A stretch of 63,551 bases of DNA, filler included, from Collodictyon triciliatum (Eukaryota): NCBI GenBank assembly GCA_043381765.1. It is 13 parts of 13 records of this genome, joined end to end, with 100 filler letters (N's around TTAATTAATTAA, not from the genome) between each part and the next. Parts side by side here need not be neighbours in the genome. Positions count along the whole stretch, not along the records: positions 48,983 to 53,770 come from JBHJMP010005758.1; positions 53,871 to 58,665 come from JBHJMP010005759.1; positions 58,766 to 63,551 come from JBHJMP010005760.1; 10 more parts are not named here. One strand, written 5' to 3'. Below the pieces are notes generated by a model. The model worked only from the letters and a program-made list of their open reading frames with translations. It was not told the origin of the DNA and did not search any database. Made by a program: the position numbers and the translations under genes. Shown here in pieces: positions 50,871-63,551 of this stretch; positions within the stretch are counted from its first letter, which is position 1; each line of letters starts with the position of its first letter.

Positions 50871-52829
50871 ATGGGGAATTCTCTACGCAAAAAATCTAGG
50901 CCAGTAGAAACCAACGCGAATGATTTTCTGGAGTTGAAAGAAATCGCCGGAAATGTTTCCCATTCTGGTGGAGATGGCTCTCTTTGTAATTGCATTTCAA
51001 TGAACCTGACAAACCGAAGTCTTGATTTTGTCCCTGTTGGATTATCACACCTGACAAGACTTGAGATCCTGAGCATTGGAATGAATTATATAAGTGTATT
51101 ACCTGATGAAATGATGAATTTGATCAATATTCGTGAAATGGATATTGCATGCAACTCGATAGTTGCTATTACACCAAATATATCGAAGCTCTCTACTCTG
51201 GTAACAATTTACATGTACAGAAACCAAATAATCGAGCTCCCCAGGGAAATGTCACATCTTGATAATCTCACAAGCATCATGATGGGCGACAATCAACTTA
51301 GGATTTTCCCTCCCTCACTTATTTATTTGACAAACTTGTGCTGTATTGATGCTAGTGCAAACAAATTATCATACATTCCACAAGAAATCTCCCTTCTATC
51401 TCGTCTAAAAGAGTTGAAACTAGAAAGAAATAGTATAAGCACAACACCAGACGGCTTATTTGAGTTGACAGAATTAAAAATACTGGCTATTAATAGCAAC
51501 AGAATTTCTTTTATTCCTAACCGAATATCAGCCCTCAATCAACTTACTATTTTAAGTTTATACGACAATAAAGTAAGTTAGATGCGAAGAAGCACATACA
51601 AGTCACGATTGTTTGAAAAATACAGTGTCTTGGTTCAAATAAGTTTAACTTATGTATCTCTTCTTGAGAAATAGATTCAGACATTACCACAAGAAATCAC
51701 ATGTCTCTGCCGCTTGTACTTGTTTCAGATGAAGAGCTATGAGTCAGAGCAGATTAAAAGGGTCCCTAGAGACATAACCACCCTCTCTAGTTGGGACCCT
51801 GTGACTTTTCAATACATCGATTTTTACGACAGAATACACACAAATGAAAAAATCAAAGATGTTTCACAATACCTGCAAGGATGGACAAGACTTTGCTCGC
51901 TGGATTTATCCTACAATTTAGTACAGTGCATTAATTAATTTAATGATCATTTTGGGCTTTAAAATCTTGAAGAAAACTTACAGTTTCGATGCGTAATTAG
52001 ATTTGTGAACTCCCCGCCGATATTTCATGTCTAAGAGTACTAGAAAAATTATGTCTTGAGGGAAACCAGGTGGTCATAGTCTGACTCATTACTCGCATCC
52101 TTTTAAATTCTATGCAATTAGAAAATCTTGTGTCGTCGATGCGATTCTAAATCTCACCAAGCTAATTTCATTCTTTAATTAGCTCACCAGCTTTCCTTTG
52201 AATGTACACCTTATACCTTCACTCACTTACCTTAATGTGTCCCAAAATAAGGTAAAATCAATCAACAACATCGGAAATATACTATATGTAAAAAAAAAAA
52301 AAAATCATTTCACGTTCTGGAAAAAAAAAGATATCGTCAGCCCCTGAACAAATAACACTGCTGGTGAAACTGAAAGAATTAAACGCAGGCAGCATGGAGG
52401 TTGACATTAACCACGAGCTTTCATATGCTTTATCTTTTTTTTTTCAACCATCTTTCTTCTATTTGGGTGGGCATAGAGTAATTATGAGAGATATCACATA
52501 ACAGCACTCATCACGCTCTGAATTTTTCCTTCATTGCAGTGGCGCACAATCCCTTCTCAGATTTTTTCAATGACCTGGATTGAAAGCTTGGATATAAGCC
52601 ATAACATGGTTTTAACCTGAATTGTTTGAGCCACGACATTATTTTTTTTTTGTTAAATTGAAGCAGATAAACGAATATTTGTGATTTCACTATTAGTTTA
52701 TCACGCGCAAGACAGTATATCTTCATTTATATATTGCTAATGTTTCCTGCAAAATGTAGGTATCCTCAATAGAATAACCATCCATTAGCGTTGATAAAGC
52801 AAGAATTCCTCGACCAAAACGCTAAATAA
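50871..52829 (+). CDS. Leucine-rich-repeat protein B (tandem paralogue of A); exons 50871-51572, 51675-51920, 52001-52069, 52183-52251, 52331-52399, 52540-52608; last exon uncertain (52773-52829)
   Basis: 23-aa LRRs; exon 2 is 246 nt as in gene A, followed by four 69-nt phase-0 exons. Confidence 0.88.
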
Positions 52830-52879
52830 ATTCCTTCGTTATTAAAAAGCGATACAACTGCCCATGACTAAAAAAAATA

Positions 52880-53075
52880 ATAATAAAAATAACTAAAATA
52901 AAATAACTAAAATAAAATAACTAAAATAAAATAACTAAAATAAAATAACTAAAATAAAATAACTAAAATAAAATAACTAAAATAAGATAACTAAAATAAA
53001 ATAACTAAAATAAAATAACTAAAATAAAATAACTAAAATAAAATAACTAAAATAAAACAACTAAAATAAAATAAA
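52880..53075. repeat. 15-bp tandem repeat (AAAATAAAATAACTA)n
   Basis: Directly visible. Confidence 0.93.
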
Positions 53076-53427
53076 ATAGAAAAATAAAAATTAAGCTTTT
53101 GTTCGAATCAGAATGCAAATTAGAGTACTACCCAAATGGTTCATTCCTGAAGCATGTCAATATTTGTTGCATGCATGCTCTACCAAATAATATTCCTTCT
53201 TTCTGTTACACCAAAAGGTCGGACTATCCCATCAACGTTCAAAAGGCGCAAGGAATTCTCGAAGAGATGCGTCAATCTAATTTTTTTTTTAACTAATATG
53301 ATAAAGTCCCTATCTCGATTTCGAAAAGCCAAGAGCACGCCATGAGAGAATAAATATTTTCACTTTAATTTGAAGAATGAAAGGCAGAGAATACGAAGAA
53401 ACATGCAGAGCAAAGACGATGGGATAT

Positions 53428-53574
53428 TCATTGTTCCTTGTTTTGTTTGCTGGGCAAGGAATTATCCTGGCCATCTTGCGCATTGGGCCCTGTTGGTTTC
53501 GGTGGCTGCACCGCTGTCGTGATTCCACCCTGAATCTGCATTTGTAAAACTTCCTCATACTGCTGTCGAAGTAT
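53428..53574 (-). CDS. Probable terminal exon of an unknown gene cut by the linker
   Basis: ttgcag acceptor, then ILRQQYEEVLQMQIQGGITTAVQPPKPTGPNAQDGQDNSLPSKQNKEQ*. Confidence 0.4.
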   Translation of the reverse strand: MLRQQYEEVLQMQIQGGITTAVQPPKPTGPNAQDGQDNSLPSKQNKEQ

Positions 53575-54260
53575 CTGCAAAAGCGATTACACATCAGCAC
53601 GTTTATGATAATCATGAATAGAGAAAATCAATAAAAAGTTTATGCTAAAGTCCAAATGTTAAAGAGATGTTTTAAAACCGATACCCCTTAATTGAAAAGA
53701 AAAGAAAAGAAAAAAGAAAAGAAAAAAAGAAAAGAAAAAAAGAAAAGAAAAAAAGAAAAGAAAAAAAGAANNNNNNNNNNNNNNNNNNNNNNNNNNNNNN
53801 NNNNNNNNNNNNNNTTAATTAATTAANNNNNNNNNNNNNNNNNNNNNNNNNNNNNNNNNNNNNNNNNNNNTTGTTTTGTTCTTCATTCCTTCCAAAAAAT
53901 AAAAAAAATAAAATAAAGTATTTAAGCAGTGGCGCATAACAAATATTGGAATGGATCCCTTCAGCCTGATTTACTCTGTCACAACTTGAAAAGCTTGCTT
54001 TGCTCTTGGCAAGAGTTTTATGCGCACGAGAAACCCTCTCGGTAGCTGCATGAAGAGAAACGAAAAAGAAATATATAATGAAAAAGAACAACAACAAAAA
54101 AGCGAAAAACGAAAAATGAAGAAAAGAACAAGAAAAGAACAAGAAAAAATCAATAAGAAAAAAAAAATAAAACAACCACTCAAGTAAACTCAAAGCATCT
54201 TGTTCACAACAACGCAGGAGAGAAAGAAAGATAAAGAAGAGATAATTAAGGCGGGAAGGA

Positions 54261-58140
<3,880 letters not shown>

Positions 58141-58591
58141 GATTTGCATGCTACAATTTATTTGTCGAAGATAGAATAAAAACGATTGAGTTCCATGGGG
58201 AAAATCCCAACAACTATATCCATATATATGTGATTGTGAAGGAATATCTTAAGTATGGAGAAGAGCAATATAGCAAAAAATAATAAATACATTTAACCCG
58301 GTAATCGACTCCAATAAAAAAAAAAAAGCGAATTGAGTTCTCGTGAAGGACTTTTGAGCAAGATTCAACTACTGCTCCAACAACGAGAGAGAAAAAAAAT
58401 AAGGTCTTCAGTTGGTCGAGAGCCATATGTACTCCATTTTGGCACGAGGCTACCACAAGGTCACTGCTTTGCTCGGCCTACTAGTTCCTCTTTTTTTTTT
58501 CTTCCTTGCTTTTGGGAATCTCATGAATATAATTGGGCTGTGCTGGTTGGGTTTTGATATCTGCATGACGCATTGCATGTCCGTCTTTTTT

Positions 58592-58665
<74 letters not shown>

Positions 58666-58765
58666 NNNNNNNNNNNNNNNNNNNNNNNNNNNNNNNNNNN
58701 NNNNNNNNNTTAATTAATTAANNNNNNNNNNNNNNNNNNNNNNNNNNNNNNNNNNNNNNNNNNNN

Positions 58766-58940
58766 AGAAAAAGAAAAAGAAAAAGAAAAAGAAAAAGAAA
58801 AAGAAAAAGAAAAAGAAAAAGAAAAAGAAAAAGAAAAAGAAAAAGAAAAAGAAAAAGAAAAATAAAAAGAAAAAGAAAAATAAAAAGAAAAAGAAAAAGA
58901 AAAAGAAAAAGAAAAAGAAAAAGAAAAAGAAAAAGAAAAA
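58766..58940. repeat. (GAAAAA)n hexamer repeat
   Basis: Directly visible. Confidence 0.95.
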
Positions 58941-58950
58941 GGAAACCTAC

Positions 58951-59023
58951 CGCTGCCGTTTTCACTGAACTGCCCGGAGGACTTGTCACCAACCGACGGG
59001 CGGTTTCGAAGCGAGTTCATCAT
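58951..59023 (-). CDS. Possible first exon of an unknown gene (MMNSLRNRPSVGDKSSGQFSENGS)
   Basis: ATG followed by a gtaggt donor and an intronic microsatellite. Confidence 0.4.
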
Positions 59024-59680
59024 GCTCGCGGTCTGCCGATTCCTCCTTCTTTCTTCCTTCCTTCCTCTGTGAGATTGATATACAGTTGCGCCTCCCAGTG
59101 ATATTTGGTCGCTGCTGCGTGTCTGATTCGTGCAATAGTTTATTCAAGAAAACGAGACGAGAGAAACTTTGACAGGAGGACGCCTTTTGAGAAAAAGAAA
59201 AGGAATCAAGCACATAGACATATATAATCACATTTTTTTTTGATTGTCTGTGCACTAAAACCCCAGCCGCTCGACTTTTGCCAGTATCAATCATGCGTGG
59301 GCACCTCTTTGCACTTGGATGTATTCAATGGCACATTACACATGCACGCTTGATGAGACATGAAGTGTATTAAGGTGTTGATGAGTAATACACGACCTCT
59401 TGCGTGGGACTCGATTTAGAGTACAATTATACAGAGCACAAACGCGATGGGAAACTAAATCCGATAGTACAGAGTTGAATGAATTGCATCATTCTGATAT
59501 GCCTTTGTTCGGTTGGTTCTCACAGCAAGCGTAAGAAAAAGAAAAGTCAGGAACAGAGGCCATACAGGATGGACATCATTTATTCAAGAAAACCAATGAG
59601 ATGAAGCACAGTATTATACTGCAAAATGAAATAAAAAAAAAAAAAAGAGGCAGAAGGCAAAAGTCGAAAGGCATTCGGGT

Positions 59681-61621
59681 TCATCTTTTGATGTACCCTA
59701 GTCTGGAGTTTTCTGTAATAAACAAAATGCGGTTGTGATTTTTGTGATAGCTCCATAGAAAACGAATGAAGAAAATGCTGGACGAAATGGTGGACGATGT
59801 CAGTGATATTTTTGCAGAGGCCACTTCGATGTCTCCAATTCGAAGGAATCTTTCGTGCTCAAACGTCTTCCCAATATTGAGCTTGCACAGTATAGTCACC
59901 GCAAAGCACCACATAATCCCCATTATTGCGATGTACGATATCCTTCTGTGGTTGATGTGAAAGGTATCCATCATGAGAAACCAGATCAAAGCACATGCCA
60001 CAAAGAACCAGTAAACCATACCGTAGCTCCATTGACACAGAATCCCAGAAGACAGGAAGAGGTTAAAGACGAGAAACATAAGAAACCAAAAGTCAAAAGA
60101 ACGTATCATGTAATGGAACATGAAGAAATTGCATGTTATTGTTATTTGTATTATGATGTAGAGGGTGGCAGAGGTAATTACTGCCAGGCCAAAGTTTTCA
60201 CCAGCCTTTCCTATGGGTATTCCAGATGCGAGTGGCAACGATATTGCTGTAGATATGACATTGATAATGATGCCAAAGATGTTGTAATACTTTGATCTGA
60301 GTAGACGCGATGTGACAGGGTATTTCTTCTTTAAGATAGTATGAAAGAATGTTTGGTGAAGGTCATACTCGAGTGTGCTGCTTTCTATAACGCCCATGGC
60401 CATGCACCTTTGCGGATCAACAACTGCAAGTTGGGAATCAGAATAGGCCTTCTTTGGCTTTTCGCTTAACTGATTATTGCAGTGGATATTGGTATCTGGG
60501 TCGTTCCCTCTGATGCAACGAATGCTTTGATTTTTCTCTGCTTGCATTTCTACATCTTGACTTTGGCTGGCACAATTGTTGGGTCTGTGTTTTGAATCGT
60601 TGAAAGAAGTATGATACTTCCCTCCATTATATACACTTTCTTCGCCCAGAGCTATCCGGTAAAAGTTTGAGATGAAAGTAATCGTATCGGGCTTCTTTAA
60701 AATTATGTGTGTGTAAAGAATTCGAAAGAGGTACAGTATCATAGTTGCCGAGTTATCTATCGCCTGAAGCCTAAAGTCAGTCAGCAGTGTCGTCTCTTTA
60801 TAGTAAAGCCTCTCGTTTTGAAAGTCTACCAGGCGGAATATCAATATGGTGGCCATAGGGAAGTAAGACAACACCCCGTTTACAACAGCCAGTCTCATTA
60901 ACACATGCTTCTTTCCTGCATGAGCGTCAAAGAATATCAACAACATGAAGCTAGATAGCGAATGCATAGATGAGGTAAAGATTTCGTCTGTAAATCCCCA
61001 CAATATGGCCAAGCAAATGTGAAACGACACAAGATGCCAGATGGTAAACCAAAAGTTGAAGGTTTTTGAAAGCTCCTTCACAATGTCCACACGGATAAAT
61101 ACACTGTGGTGGAGACAGAAACTGATGGAGTAGAATATCTGGTAAGGCATAAAGTATCTCATCGGAATAAGGCTCTGGTGGTAGCAGCATGAAAATGAGA
61201 CTACAGTTCCGAAAAACCAAAGAACGGTGATGGCCCATGAGACTGTTTTGTTTTTTACCCACACCAGAACCTTTTTCTGTGCTGCTTCGTTTCTGATTAG
61301 CAAGGTAAAGAGTGTCTTGTTTTTGTCAACTATTTTTACATCTCTCTGAATGGTGAGCTTCACGACGGACGACCGCGTTTTCTCCTTGTTCAACCCTGGG
61401 CCATGTTGGTCATCGCCGTGTGACGACTCCGGCAAGCACTCTTGATCATCGACTGCATCTCTTTGCTTTTCATCACTTTCGCTCGCTTTCTTTGGTTGTT
61501 CATCATCATTCAGCTGCTTATCTGCGCTGGCACTTCCTGGGTCGATGTGCACCCAGGCGTCTCTTGTCTTGAGTGGCACAATCCCAAGAAGCTCCTCGCC
61601 CTGGAGCTCTTTGCCTTTCAT
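59681..61621 (-). CDS. Intronless 646-aa multi-pass membrane protein made of two homologous halves (about 6 TM each), unknown function
   Basis: Paired motifs KELSKTFNFWF/HYMIRSFDFWF, LIFFDAH/FLMMDTFH, ILYLFRILYTH...TITFISN/IFFIRFLWSYH...RILFITEN. Confidence 0.88.
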   Translation of the reverse strand: MKGKELQGEELLGIVPLKTRDAWVHIDPGSASADKQLNDDEQPKKASESDEKQRDAVDDQECLPESSHGDDQHGPGLNKEKTRSSVVKLTIQRDVKIVDKNKTLFTLLIRNEAAQKKVLVWVKNKTVSWAITVLWFFGTVVSFSCCYHQSLIPMRYFMPYQIFYSISFCLHHSVFIRVDIVKELSKTFNFWFTIWHLVSFHICLAILWGFTDEIFTSSMHSLSSFMLLIFFDAHAGKKHVLMRLAVVNGVLSYFPMATILIFRLVDFQNERLYYKETTLLTDFRLQAIDNSATMILYLFRILYTHIILKKPDTITFISNFYRIALGEESVYNGGKYHTSFNDSKHRPNNCASQSQDVEMQAEKNQSIRCIRGNDPDTNIHCNNQLSEKPKKAYSDSQLAVVDPQRCMAMGVIESSTLEYDLHQTFFHTILKKKYPVTSRLLRSKYYNIFGIIINVISTAISLPLASGIPIGKAGENFGLAVITSATLYIIIQITITCNFFMFHYMIRSFDFWFLMFLVFNLFLSSGILCQWSYGMVYWFFVACALIWFLMMDTFHINHRRISYIAIMGIMWCFAVTILCKLNIGKTFEHERFLRIGDIEVASAKISLTSSTISSSIFFIRFLWSYHKNHNRILFITENSRLGYIKR

Positions 61622-63104
61622 CGTGTCCTAATGCTGCGAGAAGAGCGTCAGTGAAAGTGTCTGGGAATGGTTTCCATAGTTGTTGATCGAGCCGAAGGGC
61701 AGAAACTGTGATCTGCAAGTCTTGGTTCAAGGTTTTATTTGCTGGCTGATTGATTAATTGGTTGGATTGTGAAAGATCGTGGGTGATATTGTTGAAGGTT
61801 TCGAGACCATAGTCAGCAAGCAGACTCAGTTATTCAAGCAGGTGGGAAAATGGGGGGTGGAAGAGGTAAACGAAGGGAGAGATCGGAGACGTGACCGCAC
61901 GGAAAGTAAGGCAAATGTCATTCGCCGCAAACTTGGCACTTTGTACTCGCATAACGCTCGTGTGATTTTTAAATACATGGCGTTATCACAAAGAATGATG
62001 AGCGTTAATGTGATGGCCATGAGATTGGCCCGATTTGGAGGTTATAATTAAGACATGCCTTATGAAGTTCAGTTCCTTGGAAAAAAATGCAAGAAATGCG
62101 GAGCAGAGAAACCTGGAATAGCGCCTGCCTCGGAATTTTCAGTCGCTGGGCACAAACGAGTGGGGGTGGCGTTGATGTTGCGAAGGGGTTCGTGATGCGA
62201 TGGCAAATGAACGTTAGATTCTGATTTGTGATGGGCGATGCGGGATATCAGGCGAATGGCTATATCGCTTGACGGGCGATGCTGGATAAAGCGTCTTTCG
62301 TGCAGATGGCAGAGTTAATCTACGCGGTTTACATACTCAGCTTGCTTGTGTGTTTCCGAAACATTGTGAGGCAGTGTCTATTATTGTCTTGCTCATATAA
62401 TTATCATACCAATAGTCTATATATAAACGACTTTCAGGTTTTTTTACAAAGGATAAAAAAGCACGCAGTTTTATTTTCCAGAAGTATTGCCGTTACTCAT
62501 TCTTCCAGGTGTGGAATATAATTTCCATATATATGGCATGAATACGCAATCAAGAGCAACAACGCAACGCACTTCCATTTGGCAAAAACCCATTCGCGTA
62601 ACGATTTTGTGAAGGCGTCAATGACACTCACCAAAGCACAGTCCCCATATTTTGACGGACAAATAAAAACATCCGTATTTCACACACATAAAAATATCAA
62701 AAAATATCAAAAATATCAAAAATATCAAAAAAAGAATAAAGAAAGAAAAACAAGCGAGAGTCCCTGAATCAGCAATACAGTCGATACACAAGGGGTGAGC
62801 CACGCGCGAGTAGCGAGTGCTTGGAATACTTGTATTTTCTGTGTTCCTTGTCTATCTTTTTTTCTTCATTTTTCTTGTCTATGCCTTCCGACTGGCCGTA
62901 GCAAACCCGTCAGAAGGAATATTAACAATAGCAAAAAAAGAAATAAAAAAGTAAAGAGGTCAGATTCGTCAATAAAATGTAGGCCAAATAAGAAAAGAAA
63001 AAGGGAGAGAAATAAGTAAAAAAAGAAAAAAAAGAAAAGAGAAATAAAAAATTAATAAACTGAACCTTTTAGTTTCACGAGCCTTTTCGAAAAGCAGGAC
63101 TCGG

Positions 63105-63378
63105 ATGGTCAAAACACAGTGCGACCCGGGCTTCCGTCTGTTTGTCTCTGTGGCGCTTCTCTGCTGTTTGGCTTCGGCTGCAGCGTCGCCCATGTGCTCA
63201 GCAAAGGCAAAGAGCCGCTCGACCGGACGCGCATTCGAAGCTATTCATCAAAGACCTGGAATACGCGCTCATACTCAGTTTCTCGGTGCAGAGAAGCTTC
63301 GTGGAGATGTGCATTCGAGCAGAGACAATGACCGTCCGGATTTTCAAGGAGGCTCATGCGGAACACCCATCACGAAAG
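63105..63378 (+). CDS. First exon of a putative secreted protein (absent from the ORF track because the frame runs off the window)
   Basis: MVKTQCDPGFRLFVSVALLCCLASAAASP (signal-peptide-like)...GGSCGTPITK, then a gtcgga donor. Confidence 0.55.
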
Positions 63379-63463
63379 GTCGGAAAGCCAAGCATCAATT
63401 TCGTTATGTTTTCATTGTTCTTTTTCATATCTTCATTTCATTTTTTTTCATGATTCATGCAGT

Positions 63464-63504
<41 letters not shown>

Positions 63505-63551
63505 AGGGGATAACCGCACCCCCCCCCGCGCACGACCCAACCCCACCAAAC

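Overview
This window is not one locus. It is 13 unrelated segments of about 4.8 kb joined by an artificial 100-nt linker (N44-TTAATTAATTAA-N44, stops in all six frames), and most segments break at a simple repeat. The DNA is nuclear, from an intron-rich, microsatellite-rich eukaryote (probably a protist; the taxon cannot be fixed from sequence alone) using the standard code. Genes I can recognise: a signal-peptide/WD40x7/Cys-rich/multi-TM receptor-like protein, an EF-hand protein, a DEAH-box helicase, a FABP-like lipid-binding protein, a large K/S/RD-rich protein with a possible AF4/FMR2-type C-terminal domain, an 18-aa FG/TP tandem-repeat protein, a RhoGAP lacking the arginine finger, cytosolic malate dehydrogenase (with a GC-AG intron), Aurora kinase, SAGA subunit Spt7 with a vestigial bromodomain, a DFG-less and probably decaying kinase-SAM locus, two tandem LRR paralogues with one-LRR-per-exon cassettes, a DEAD-box helicase, and an internally duplicated multi-TM protein. 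The best candidates for new biology are the extracellular WD40 receptor with variable top-face residues, the modular 69-nt-exon LRR genes, the FABP-like gene, and the FG/TP repeat protein. All exon models were assembled by hand and all family calls come from motif recognition, not database searches.
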